From assembly GCA_965198495.1 (NCBI GenBank), contig CBDAPL010000002.1:467642-531641 (forward strand): a DNA stretch of 64,000 bases, in the 5' to 3' direction. The stretch comes from Beijerinckiaceae bacterium. GTDB taxonomy: Bacteria > Pseudomonadota > Alphaproteobacteria > Rhizobiales > Beijerinckiaceae. This document shows, piece after piece, positions 20,919 through 30,148 of this stretch. The position numbers and the translations under genes are program-made. How positions within the stretch are numbered: position 1 is the first letter of the stretch; the number at the start of each line of letters is the position of its first letter. Under the pieces are notes generated by a model, which was not told the origin of the DNA, searched no databases, and was given only the letters and a program-made list of their open reading frames with translations.

Positions 20919-21088
20919 TTCGACCTCTCGTAGGCTTGATCCCGGTGGCCCTCGCCACCGCATCGAACACGTTGGTTGATGGCGCGGCGCTCGCCGCGAT
21001 CGCGCACATGCTTTTTGCGTCACGATGCGTCCCCGTTCCCAGCGTCCGCAAGGTCGATGGAGCACGCGGCGGCAAGGACGATCGTCTC

Positions 21089-21793
21089 CTAGGCCGCCTT
21101 TGGCCGGGTGGTGCGCTTCTCGATCGGCTTGTAAAAACCAGGGACATGGACGATGCGGTGCACGTAAATGCCCGGCAGGTGGATCGCGTCGCCGGCGATT
21201 TCGCCGTTTTCGACGAGATGCTCGACCTGGACCACGGTTGTCTCGCCCGCCGTCGCCATGACGGGGTTGAAGTTGCGGGCGGTCTTGCGGAACTGGAGGT
21301 TGCCCTCCTTATCGGCCTTCCAGGCGTGGATCAGCGAGACGTCGGCGCGCAGCCAGCTCTCCATGATGTAGGTGTCGCCCTCGAACTCGCGCGTCTCCTT
21401 GCCCTCGGCGACCTTGGTGCCGACGCCGGTCTTGACGAAGAAGGCGGGGATGCCGGCACCGCCGGCGCGCATGCGCTCGGCCAGCGTGCCTTGAGGGTTG
21501 AACTCGAGTTCTAGCGCGCCGGAGAGGTAGAGCTGGGCGAACAGCTTGTTCTCGCCCACGTAGGAGGCGATCATCTTCTTGATCTGCCTGCTCTCGAGCA
21601 ATATGCCGAGGCCCGCTCCGTCGATCCCGGCGTTGTTGGAGATGCAGGTCAGATCCCTGACCCCGGTATCCCGCACTGCCTCGATGAGCACCTGCGGCGA
21701 GCCGCAGAGGCCGAAGCCGCCGGCCATGACGGTCATGCCGTCCTTCATGACGTCGGCGAGCGCCGTTCTCGCGTCGGGATAGACCTTATTCAT
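21089..21793 (-). CDS. scoA: 3-oxoacid CoA-transferase subunit A
   Basis: 234 aa. GGFGLCGSP and ISNNAG motifs. Upstream of scoB on the same strand. Confidence 0.9.
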   Translation of the reverse strand: MNKVYPDARTALADVMKDGMTVMAGGFGLCGSPQVLIEAVRDTGVRDLTCISNNAGIDGAGLGILLESRQIKKMIASYVGENKLFAQLYLSGALELEFNPQGTLAERMRAGGAGIPAFFVKTGVGTKVAEGKETREFEGDTYIMESWLRADVSLIHAWKADKEGNLQFRKTARNFNPVMATAGETTVVQVEHLVENGEIAGDAIHLPGIYVHRIVHVPGFYKPIEKRTTRPKAA

Positions 21794-21910
21794 CGAGCGC
21801 CGATCTCAGAGCGGGAGAGCGGGCCGCCGGCCGGCCCTTCTCTCGCTTGGTACGGCGGGGTCAAACGCTTTGCAAGATCATCCAACGCCTGATCGGGGCG
21901 CAACTTGGGC

Positions 21911-22108
21911 TTACATCGCCACGGCGTCGTAGCCTGCCTGATCGAGCGCGCCGATGATCGCCGCCGGATCGGCTTTCGATGTCACCTCGACCGTTTTGGC
22001 GCCGAGATCGCATGTCACCTTCGCGTCGCTATCGAGCGCCTTGACGCTCTTCTCGATCGTTGCCACGCAATGTCCGCAACTCATGTCATCGACCTTGTAA
22101 AGCGACAT
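21911..22108 (-). CDS. heavy-metal-associated (HMA) domain protein, CopZ-like
   Basis: 65 aa with the metal-binding motif MSCGHC. Confidence 0.8.
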   Translation of the reverse strand: MSLYKVDDMSCGHCVATIEKSVKALDSDAKVTCDLGAKTVEVTSKADPAAIIGALDQAGYDAVAM

Positions 22109-22129
22109 CGAACACTCCAGGCTGCGGCC

Positions 22130-22861
22130 TCAAAAAAGGGGCCTCGATTCCAGCGTGACCGTATAGTCGCGCTTGCCGCCTGGCGGCGGCGGCGGAAAGG
22201 GACCGGCTCGCTTTACGACCGCGAGTGCCTCTTCGTCGAGGAGCGGATCGCCGCTGACCCTCGTCAGGCTCTCCCTGACGATCTCGCCGGAATCGCCGAG
22301 CACGAAATTGATCGTCGCGTAGGCATCGGCGCCGGGATGGGGATCGCGATGCAGCGCTTTCGTTAGACGGCTCATCACGATCTGGCCGTATGAGACGAGA
22401 TCGGTCCCATCGGCCGTCTCGCCCGGCATCGCGATCGGGTCCAGGCTTTGCGGGCCGAGCAGATCCTTCATTCGCTCCGCCGTGGTCTCGGGCTTCTTCG
22501 GTTCGGGCGGTTTGGGCGGCTGAGGCTTCTCCGCCTTCGGGGCGGGCTTGCGCGGTTCCGGGGCCTTCTGTTGCTCGGGCGGCTTGGGCGCTTGTTTATG
22601 CTGCGGCGGTGGTTGCTGCGGCGGCTTCTCAGCTTCCTTTTTCTCCACCTTCGGCGGCTCGGGCGGCAGTTGCACGAGCTCGACGGGTATCTCCTGGGCA
22701 CCTCGCGGCGGGGCATCGCGCCATAGCAAGGGCGCTAGAACGAGCGCGTGCAACACGAGGGAGGCGATGATGATCGGCAAGATACGATCGCGCTTGATTG
22801 CGAAGCGCGGAAGCAGACGAGACGACGTGTCCCGCGCCTCTTCGCTCACAAGGAGGGTCAC
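22130..22861 (-). CDS. TonB family protein (copy 2)
   Basis: N-terminal TM anchor, Pro/Lys/Glu-rich spacer (PPEPPKVEKKEAEKPPQQPPPQHKQAPKPPE..) and a TonB_C-like C-terminus (..AVVKRAGPFPPPPPG). GTG start overlaps the upstream stop (GTGA). Confidence 0.75.
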   Translation of the reverse strand: MTLLVSEEARDTSSRLLPRFAIKRDRILPIIIASLVLHALVLAPLLWRDAPPRGAQEIPVELVQLPPEPPKVEKKEAEKPPQQPPPQHKQAPKPPEQQKAPEPRKPAPKAEKPQPPKPPEPKKPETTAERMKDLLGPQSLDPIAMPGETADGTDLVSYGQIVMSRLTKALHRDPHPGADAYATINFVLGDSGEIVRESLTRVSGDPLLDEEALAVVKRAGPFPPPPPGGKRDYTVTLESRPLF

Positions 22862-23847
22862 CGCGCGCTCTCGACGACGAAATTGACATCGGCGTCAAAG
22901 CTGCGCTGCGCGCCTTGCGGCGGCGGTGGAAACGGCGCGGCCTTGCGCACTATTGCGACCGCCTCCGCATCAAGCGATGCGACGCCGCTCCTGTGTACGA
23001 TCTCAACCTCGAGCAGCTTGCCCCTCTCGTCGATCGAGAAATGCACGCCGGCGCTGCCGGGCAATCCCTGTCTTTGGCCGATCTCCTTGGCTTTGGCGAG
23101 CTGGCTGAAAACGATCTGCTGGTAGCTCACCGCCTCGTCGGCGTCGTCCGCCGTGGCCGGAAGCGCCACCGCCTGAAACGAATCCGGCAGCGGACCGAAA
23201 CCTGTATTTGCCTGTGCCCCGGGCGCGCGCGTCTGTGCCGGCGTTGCCCCCTCCGCCTCGGCGGCGCGTTCCGCCTGCAAAGCCGCTTGCTCGGCCTTCA
23301 ACGCCGCCAGCTCGCTCTCGAGCGTCCTCTGCTCGTCAGCCGCGGGCGTCGGCGCGGCGGCCTTCGCCGTATCGCGCTTCGCCTCGTCCGGCTTCGCGGG
23401 CGAGTCCTTGGCAGGCTTTGACTTGGCGGGCTCTGACTTAGTAGCCTCTGATTTGGCGGGCTCCGTCTTCGCCAGCTCTTCCGGGGGCGACGGGGGTTTG
23501 GCGTCCTCAATCTTGGGCGGATCCGACTTGGCGTCCATCTTCGTCGATGCCTTGGGCGCCAGCGCCGGCTTCAGCTCGGGCGCCTTCGTCCGGGCTTCGG
23601 GCTTCGGTTGGGGCACCTCGTGGACGATCTCGACGGCGATATCCTGTGGCGGAGCCGACACGGCCGGGCCGCCCATGACGGCGGTGCCGACGATGACGAC
23701 GTGCAACGCCACCGAGGCGAAGATCACCAAAGCCATGCCGAGCGAGAAGCGGCCCATCCGTCGCGGGACGGACCAGCGATCTTCGGGCTGTTTTTGCACC
23801 GGCCCCACTCTGTCCGGTCGACCGGAGGAGCGTAGCGCCATCGTCAT
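22858..23847 (-). CDS. TonB family protein (copy 1)
   Basis: TM anchor (FSLGMALVIFASVALHVVIV), Ala/Pro/Lys-rich spacer and TonB_C-like C-terminus (AVAIVRKAAPFPPPPQG). The ATG at 23847 overlaps the stop of the upstream oxidoreductase (ATGA). The longer ORF to 24162 would overlap that gene and is rejected. Confidence 0.7.
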   Translation of the reverse strand: MTMALRSSGRPDRVGPVQKQPEDRWSVPRRMGRFSLGMALVIFASVALHVVIVGTAVMGGPAVSAPPQDIAVEIVHEVPQPKPEARTKAPELKPALAPKASTKMDAKSDPPKIEDAKPPSPPEELAKTEPAKSEATKSEPAKSKPAKDSPAKPDEAKRDTAKAAAPTPAADEQRTLESELAALKAEQAALQAERAAEAEGATPAQTRAPGAQANTGFGPLPDSFQAVALPATADDADEAVSYQQIVFSQLAKAKEIGQRQGLPGSAGVHFSIDERGKLLEVEIVHRSGVASLDAEAVAIVRKAAPFPPPPQGAQRSFDADVNFVVESAR

Positions 23848-26800
23848 TCGGCCGCCAAACGCAGAGGTGGAGCGCCGGCGCTCCACAGCGCAAGCAGCCT
23901 CGCTTGCTCGTTCTCGGCGGCGAGACGCGCCTTCTCCTTGACGTGTCCGAAGCCACGGATCGTATCGGGCAACGACGCCAGGGCCACGGCCGTCGCATGG
24001 TTCTCGGGCGAAAGCCCGGCGAAGAGAGTGGTCATCAGCGTCTCGTAATCCGCCGCGAGCTTGCGCTCGACGCGACGTTCCGGCGCGTAGCCGAAAACGT
24101 CGAACCTCGTCCCGCGCAGCCGCCTGCCTTTGGCAAGGAGCGGGAAAAGCTTGGCGATCCAAGGGCCGAACTTAGTCTTGACCGCGACACCGTTCTTGTC
24201 GCGTCGGGTAAGGAACGGGGGCGCCAGATGGTAGGTAATGGCGATATCGCCCTCGAAGCTCTCGGCGATCTGCTTGGCGAACGCCCCATCGGAATAGAGC
24301 CGGGCCACCTCGTACTCGTCCTTGACGGCGAGCAGCTTGAAAAAGCCCTTCGCGACCGCCTCCGTCAGAGTCGTCCGCCCGCCGCCGAACACCTTCTCCG
24401 CCGATCGCGTCGTCGCGACCAGCGCGCGATAGCGCTCAGCATAAGCTTTGTCCTGGTAGGACGTCAGGAAGGCGACACGGCGCGCGACGATTTCGTCGAG
24501 AGAACGCGACGGCTTCTTGCGCCGCGGTTTCATCGACTCGACCAGCGCCTCGACCTCGTCGGGGAACACCGAGGCGCGGCGCCCCAGCGCAAAGGCTTCG
24601 CGGTTCATCGTCACCGCTTCGCCATTCAGCGTGATGGCGCGCAGGAGGGACGTTTCCGCCAATGGCACCAGACCGGCCTGCCAGGCATAGCCGAGCATGA
24701 ACATGTTGGCGGCGAGCGAAGTGCCGAGCAGCGCCGTCGCCGCCCGCGTCGCGTCGACGAAACGGGCGCCATCGCCGGCCGTCTCGCGCAGCAGCGTCTT
24801 GAGCTTGGCGGTCGGCAAGCTGTAGTCGGCGTCGCGCGCGAACTCCCCCGGGAAAAGAGCCGCGGTATTGACCACGATGCCGGTCTCGCCCTTGCGCATG
24901 GCGCCAAGCACCTTCCGGTTGCCGGCGGCGACGAGATCGCAGCCGAGCACAAGGTCGGCCTCGCCGGCCGCGACGCGGATCGCGTTGATGTCGGCCGGCC
25001 GCTCGGCGAGCTTTACGTGCGTGAAGACCGTGCCGCCCTTCTGAGCGAGGCCGGCCATGTCCATGATCCCGCAGCCCTTACCCTCAAGATGCGCGGCCAT
25101 GCCGAGGATCGCGCCCACGGTGACGACGCCGGTGCCGCCGACGCCGGCGATGATCATCGAGAACGGCTTGGCGCCGAGCGGCGCGGGCACACTGCGAGGC
25201 GGCAGCGGGCGAAGGCCATCCATCGACGCCGGCGCCGCCTTACGGATGTTGGCGCCGGAGATAACGACGATGGCCGGGCAGAAGCCCGACACGCAGGTCA
25301 TGTCCTTATTGCAGCTCGATTGATCGATCGTCCGTTTGCGGCCGAACTCCGTCTCGACCGGCTGGACGGAGACGCAGTTCGACGCCTTGCCGCAGTCGCC
25401 GCAGCCTTCACAGACCGCCTCGTTGATGACGACGCGAACGTCCGGGTCCGCCAGCGAACTCTTCTTGCGGCGCCGGCGCTTTTCCGCCGCGCAGGTCTGG
25501 TCGTAGATGAGGATGCTGACGCCGGGCACGCTCGCCAGCCGCTTTTGGACCGCGTCGAGGTCCTCGCGGCCATCGACGGTCGTGCCGGTCGGCCAGCGCA
25601 GCGCCTTCGGGTACTTTCTGGGCTCGTCCGACACGATCGCGATCGCGGCGACGCCTTCGGCGGCGCATTGCGCGGCGATGCGATCGACGGTGAGCTGACC
25701 CTCGATCGTCTGCCCGCCCGTCATCGCGACGGCGTCGTTAAAGAGGATCTTGTAGGTGATGTTGGTCCGGGATGCGACCGCCCAGCGGATCGCCAGCGAT
25801 CCGGAATGGTTGTAGGTGCCGTCGCCGAGGTTCTGGAACATGTGATCGCGGGTCGAAAACGGCGCCTCGCCGATCCAGTTCGCGCCCTCGCCACCCATCT
25901 GGGTAAAGCCCTCGGTGCCGCGCTCCATCGTCTGCGCCATGAAGTGGCAGCCGATGCCGGCGTAGGCGCGCGCGCCTTCCGGGATTTTTGTCGAGGAATT
26001 GTGCGGGCAGCCGGAGCAGAAGTAGGGAGACCGCGTCGCCATGTCGACGATCGTCGAGGCCTTCAGCTGCGTCCGCTCGAGCCGGTCGAGGCGCGCCGCA
26101 AGGTCGACACTGGGCGACGCGCGCAGGATGCGGCGGCCGATCGCGATGGCGATCTCGTTAGTGTCGAGCGCGCCGTGCGGCGGAAACAGCGGCGCCCCGG
26201 CCTCGTCCTTCTTGCCGATGCAGGCCGGCCGGTGCGGCGCGTCGTAGAGCTGCTCGCGGACCTGCTGCTCGATCAGCGCCCGCTTCTCCTCGACGACCAT
26301 GATCGTCTCGAGACCGGCGGCGAACGCGCGCAAGCCCTCCGGTTCCACCGGCCAGGGGCAGGCGAGCTTATAGAGGCGGATGCCGAACGCGTTGGCCTTG
26401 ACCTCGTCGATGCCGAGCGCGTCGAGCGCCTGGCGGACGTCGAGGTAGGCCTTGCCCGACGTGACGATGCCGAGCCGAGCCTTGGGTCCGCCCGACAGCA
26501 CAATCTGGTTCAGCCGGTTCGCGCGCAGGAAGGCGTGGATGGCGGCGATCTTGTGTCGGGTAAGGCGCACGTCCTGGTCGAGGATCGAATCGTGCGCCCT
26601 GATGTTCAGGCCGCCGGGCGGCATCGCGTAATCGCGCGGCATGACGGGCGCGAAGCGCTCCAGCGAGGCTTCGATCGACGCCGTCGACTCGACCGTGTCC
26701 TTGACGCATTTGATCCCGGTCCAGGTGCCGGTGAAGCGGCTCATGGCGATGCCCATCAGCCCGTAGTCGACGATCTCCTGCACATTGGCCGGCGAGAGGA

Positions 26801-27389
26801 TCGGCATCATCATGTCGGCGAAGACGAACTCGCTCTGGTGCGCGGTCGAGGAGGATTCCGCGACATGGTCGTCGCCCATCAACGCCAGCACGCCGCCGAG
26901 CGGCGAGGTGCCGGCGAGATTGGCGTGGCGCAGCACGTCGCCGGAGCGGTCGACGCCAGGACCCTTGCCATACCAGAGCGAGAAAACGCCGTCGTATTTG
27001 CCTTCGCCGCGCATTTCCGCCTGCTGGGCACCCCAAACGGCGGTGGCGGCGAGATCTTCGTTGAGCCCGGGCTCGAAGACGATGTCGGCGGCCTCGAGCT
27101 GCGACGCGGCGCCGAGTAGGTTGGAGTCGACCCGGCCGAGGGGCGAGCCGCGGTAGCCCGTCACGAACCCCGCGGTGTGGCGGCCGGCGCGGCGGTCGAT
27201 CTCGCGCTGCATCAGAAGAGTGCGCACGATGGCCTGCGCGCCTGAGACGAAGACTCGATCCTTCAAGAGGTCGTACTTGTCGGCGAGCGTGGTCTGGCCG
27301 AGGTTCCGAGCCGGTGCGGGGATGGCGCGCAACAGGTGCGTGGTGCTGTGCAACGCCGCGCGCGCGTGATCGGCGAGACGGTCGCTCAC
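23844..27389 (-). CDS. indolepyruvate ferredoxin oxidoreductase family protein (fused alpha/beta)
   Basis: TPP motif GDGTYNHSG, ferredoxin-type cluster CEGCGDCGKASNC, and N-terminal LADKYDL..VFVSGAQAIVR. Start proposed at the GTG at 27389, preceded by gagga, giving about 1181 aa. The ORF is open up to 27503. Confidence 0.88.
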   Translation of the reverse strand: MSDRLADHARAALHSTTHLLRAIPAPARNLGQTTLADKYDLLKDRVFVSGAQAIVRTLLMQREIDRRAGRHTAGFVTGYRGSPLGRVDSNLLGAASQLEAADIVFEPGLNEDLAATAVWGAQQAEMRGEGKYDGVFSLWYGKGPGVDRSGDVLRHANLAGTSPLGGVLALMGDDHVAESSSTAHQSEFVFADMMMPILSPANVQEIVDYGLMGIAMSRFTGTWTGIKCVKDTVESTASIEASLERFAPVMPRDYAMPPGGLNIRAHDSILDQDVRLTRHKIAAIHAFLRANRLNQIVLSGGPKARLGIVTSGKAYLDVRQALDALGIDEVKANAFGIRLYKLACPWPVEPEGLRAFAAGLETIMVVEEKRALIEQQVREQLYDAPHRPACIGKKDEAGAPLFPPHGALDTNEIAIAIGRRILRASPSVDLAARLDRLERTQLKASTIVDMATRSPYFCSGCPHNSSTKIPEGARAYAGIGCHFMAQTMERGTEGFTQMGGEGANWIGEAPFSTRDHMFQNLGDGTYNHSGSLAIRWAVASRTNITYKILFNDAVAMTGGQTIEGQLTVDRIAAQCAAEGVAAIAIVSDEPRKYPKALRWPTGTTVDGREDLDAVQKRLASVPGVSILIYDQTCAAEKRRRRKKSSLADPDVRVVINEAVCEGCGDCGKASNCVSVQPVETEFGRKRTIDQSSCNKDMTCVSGFCPAIVVISGANIRKAAPASMDGLRPLPPRSVPAPLGAKPFSMIIAGVGGTGVVTVGAILGMAAHLEGKGCGIMDMAGLAQKGGTVFTHVKLAERPADINAIRVAAGEADLVLGCDLVAAGNRKVLGAMRKGETGIVVNTAALFPGEFARDADYSLPTAKLKTLLRETAGDGARFVDATRAATALLGTSLAANMFMLGYAWQAGLVPLAETSLLRAITLNGEAVTMNREAFALGRRASVFPDEVEALVESMKPRRKKPSRSLDEIVARRVAFLTSYQDKAYAERYRALVATTRSAEKVFGGGRTTLTEAVAKGFFKLLAVKDEYEVARLYSDGAFAKQIAESFEGDIAITYHLAPPFLTRRDKNGVAVKTKFGPWIAKLFPLLAKGRRLRGTRFDVFGYAPERRVERKLAADYETLMTTLFAGLSPENHATAVALASLPDTIRGFGHVKEKARLAAENEQARLLALWSAGAPPLRLAAE

Positions 27390-27679
27390 GGGGAGATCCT
27401 CGGCGGGATCCGACACGCGGGGTCGCTTCGCTGGGACGTCAAGAGACTGCGGATGCTCGGACCCCTGTTGATGCTCAGCCGGTAGCAGGAGGATTAGGCC
27501 CAAGCCGAAGCGACGGCCATGGCTGCGACGCTCACCTTTTGTTGCGCAATCTATCTCAATTCAGCGTTTCTCAGGTGGGGGCCGACGCTCGCCTTCGTGG
27601 CGCGAACGCGCTAGGCGAGCGCTCCATCTCGTAGACCCGCTCGCAAGCGGCAGGAGTCGAGGCCGCGTTGATCGTTGGA

Positions 27680-28801
27680 ATGGTGTTGGCGGCGCTGGGC
27701 GCGCTCTGGTGGATCGCGGCCGCGGCGACCTTCGCGGCGTCGCTTTTCGGCGCACTGTTGCAGCCGCGCATCCGTCGCAAACGGGCGAACGGCATGGATG
27801 TGCCGCCCGTGTCTATCCTGCTGCCGGTCAAACTGATCAACCCCGGCTTCGAACGCGCCCAAGCCTCGGCCTTCGATCAGGACTGTCGCCACGAGATCAT
27901 CGTCGGCGCGGCGGAGACCCAATCACCAGCGGTCGCCATCATGCAGGCGTTTGTCGAGGCGAGCCGCGTCCCGGCCCGCCTGGTGCGCTCGCCCGGTATC
28001 GGCGCGGTCAGTCCCAAGCTCGACACGCTCGCCGCGCCGATCGCCGCCGCCGCCAACGACGTCATCCTCACGAAGGATTCCAACATCTCGTTCTCGCCCG
28101 ACACGATGCGCGTCATGCTGCGCAGCCTCGGGCCCGGGGTCGGGCTCGTCTGCGCCGTTCCGGTGGCGGTACGCGCCGAGACCTTCGCCGGCGCGATCGA
28201 GGCGGTGCTCATCAACCGCGACGCGCGGCTGCTGCTCACCGCCTCGGCACTCGGCAAGGGGTTCGGCGTCGGCAAGGTGATGCTGTTTCGCCGAAGCGAC
28301 CTCGAGCACGCCGGCGGCGTCACGGCGTTGGCCTACACGATCGCCGAGGACAGCGCGCTCTGCAAGGGCCTCGCGGCCATCGGCCTTCGCACCGTCTTCG
28401 CGGAGAACACGGTCGACCAGGAGATCGGCGCGCGCGGCCTCGCGGACGTCTTTGCCAGGCAGGCGCGCTGGGCGGTGATCCGCCGCGCCGAGGAGCCGCT
28501 GACCTTCCTCTTCGAGCCGGTGGCCTGCCCCGTGCCGGCCGCGCTTGCCGCCGCGCTCGCCGCCCCGCTGGTAGGCCTCGGCACCGCGACGGCGTTCGCC
28601 GCCACGCTAGTTGGCTGGTACCTGATCGAAGTCCTGGTCACGGCGGTTAAGCGCTGGGAGATCCGGCCGTGGACGCCGCTCGCCTTCCTCGGCCGAGACG
28701 GCGTCCTGCTCGCCGCCTGGGCGCGGGCTTGGACAACGCGCGAGGTCACCTGGGCGGGCGGCCGGCGCGACGTGCGCGACATGCTGCGCAAGAGAGGCTG
28801 A
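27680..28801 (+). CDS. glycosyltransferase family 21-like (ceramide glucosyltransferase / processive glycolipid synthase-like)
   Basis: N-terminal TM, SPKLDTL, DSNI, EDSAL and a (Q/R)xxRW motif (FARQARWAVIRR), plus C-terminal TMs. ATG at 27680, with a TTG at 27668 also possible. Confidence 0.75.
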   Translation: MVLAALGALWWIAAAATFAASLFGALLQPRIRRKRANGMDVPPVSILLPVKLINPGFERAQASAFDQDCRHEIIVGAAETQSPAVAIMQAFVEASRVPARLVRSPGIGAVSPKLDTLAAPIAAAANDVILTKDSNISFSPDTMRVMLRSLGPGVGLVCAVPVAVRAETFAGAIEAVLINRDARLLLTASALGKGFGVGKVMLFRRSDLEHAGGVTALAYTIAEDSALCKGLAAIGLRTVFAENTVDQEIGARGLADVFARQARWAVIRRAEEPLTFLFEPVACPVPAALAAALAAPLVGLGTATAFAATLVGWYLIEVLVTAVKRWEIRPWTPLAFLGRDGVLLAAWARAWTTREVTWAGGRRDVRDMLRKRG

Positions 28802-28882
28802 GCGCTCTCGCGCCTGTGACCCGATGCTGCGCGAACGCTTCGGTTTTGCCGATGTTGAGCGTGCTCCCGAACGGAGCTTTCA

Positions 28883-30148
28883 ATGATCGATCTCACCCGC
28901 CGCAAGATCATCGCCGCCTCGGCTGGCCTCACCGCCGCCGGGCTCATCGGGCCGGCGGCCGCGCAGGAACCGGCGACGCTGTACGGCAGCGTCAAGGATG
29001 GCAAGGTCACGTTGCCGCCGCTCCACGCGCCCGTCGAGGGGGGCGAACATCTCAGCGAACCCCTGCCGCCGGGCAAGCGGCTCGGCGTCGCCGTGGTCGG
29101 CATCGGCCATCTCTCGCTGGAGCAGATCATCCCAGGTTTTGGCTCGGCAAAGGACGTCAAGCTGACCGCGCTCGTCAGTGGCCACCGGGACAAGGCTCTG
29201 ACGATCGCCGCGCAGCACGGCGTGCCGGAGAAGAACATCTACGACTACAAGGACTTCGATCGCATCAAAGACAATCCGGACGTCGACATCGTCTACATCG
29301 TCCTGCCAAACGCGATGCACCTCGAATTCACCGAGCGCGCGGCCGCTGCCGGCAAGCACGTGCTTTGCGAGAAGCCGATGGCGACCAGCGTCGCCGAGGC
29401 CGAGCGCATGATCAAGGCCTGTCGTGGCGCCGGTCGCAAGCTGATGATTGCCTATCGTCTGCAGTATGACGCGACGCATCGGGCGATGATCGAGATCGCC
29501 CGCAACAAAACCTACGGCGCGTTGCGCTACATCGAAGCCGTCAACGGCCAGAACGATGCCGCGGACGGGCAGTGGCGCCAGATCAAAGCGCTGGCCGGCG
29601 GCGGATCGCTGCCCGATGTCGGCATCTACTGCTTCAACGCGTTTCGCTACATCACCGGCGAGGAACCCGTCGAGATCACCGGCCGCATCACCCAGCCGAA
29701 AGACGACCCGCGCTTCAGAGAGATCGAGGACATCGCGACGTTCACGCTGCGGTTTCCGTCAGGTGTCATGGCCTCGGGAACGTCGGGCTACAGCTTCTAC
29801 AACAACCGTCAGCTCCGCTGCATGGCGACGGATGGCTGGTTCGGCCTCGATCCGGCGTTTTCCTACAACGGGCTCGTCATGAGTATCGGCCAGAAGGCCG
29901 GGCCTTCCGACGCGCGTCAGCAACGCGTGTGGACGCCGAAAAACCAGTTCGCGGTGGAGATGGACGCCTTCGCCGAGGCGATAAAGACCAACAAGGAGCC
30001 GCATACACCCGGCGAGGAGGGCCTGCAGGACATGAAGATCATCGAGGCGATCTACGCTTCGGCCGCCGATGGCGGACGCGTGGTCAGGATGCCGACGTCG
30101 ACCGGCCTTGACGTCACGCGCGGGCCTCTGCCCGCGATAGCTGGCTAG
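28883..30148 (+). CDS. Gfo/Idh/MocA family oxidoreductase, Tat-exported
   Basis: Twin-arginine signal MIDLTRRKIIAASAGLTAAGLIGPAAAQ. Rossmann segment VVGIGHLS and the EKPMA motif (LCEKPMATS). Confidence 0.85.
   Translation: MIDLTRRKIIAASAGLTAAGLIGPAAAQEPATLYGSVKDGKVTLPPLHAPVEGGEHLSEPLPPGKRLGVAVVGIGHLSLEQIIPGFGSAKDVKLTALVSGHRDKALTIAAQHGVPEKNIYDYKDFDRIKDNPDVDIVYIVLPNAMHLEFTERAAAAGKHVLCEKPMATSVAEAERMIKACRGAGRKLMIAYRLQYDATHRAMIEIARNKTYGALRYIEAVNGQNDAADGQWRQIKALAGGGSLPDVGIYCFNAFRYITGEEPVEITGRITQPKDDPRFREIEDIATFTLRFPSGVMASGTSGYSFYNNRQLRCMATDGWFGLDPAFSYNGLVMSIGQKAGPSDARQQRVWTPKNQFAVEMDAFAEAIKTNKEPHTPGEEGLQDMKIIEAIYASAADGGRVVRMPTSTGLDVTRGPLPAIAG

Noticed and set aside
20919-21088. An unusually long 170-bp spacer between scoA and scoB, containing a small hairpin (ggtggc cctc gccacc, ~20945-20960).
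   Set aside because: No repeat family, ORF or RNA motif is recognisable. A longer scoB ORF (to 21065) exists, but its N-terminal extension is Arg-rich and unlike ScoB. I treat this as a plain intergenic spacer.
21815-21844. A GC-rich hairpin (gagag-c-gggccg ccggc cggccc-tt-ctctc) downstream of the CopZ-like gene. A second is a 7-bp stem (gcgctca gcg tgagcgc) at 20240-20256 between convergent genes. Both were considered as possible terminators.
   Set aside because: No U-tract follows on either strand and the stems are short. I cannot separate them from chance palindromes in GC-rich DNA without energy calculations.
22390-23510. Periodic nucleotide repetition (ccgcc/ggctt/aagcc units) that might suggest a repeat array.
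   Set aside because: It is the coding sequence of the Pro/Lys/Ala/Glu-rich spacers of the two TonB-like proteins. It is not a CRISPR or a non-coding array.
23904-27119. A 1071-aa ORF on the plus strand. Other very long antisense ORFs include 1443-2531(-), 37265-38800(-), 58410-60071(+), 14598-15581(+) and 19339-20277(+).
   Set aside because: They run opposite to, or out of frame with, genes that carry clear catalytic motifs. Their translations are Arg/Ala/Gly/Pro-rich with no motifs. This is the classic shadow-ORF artefact of high-GC DNA.
27668-28801. Considered calling this GT the hopanoid glycosyltransferase HpnI, and linking it with the radical SAM and phosphorylase at 46.5-49.1 kb as an hpn cluster.
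   Set aside because: There is no shc or hpnA-H/J/K context. The radical SAM has a SPASM-type C-terminus rather than an HpnH-like one. The genes are 17 kb apart. Only the mechanistic analogy is retained, as a hypothesis.
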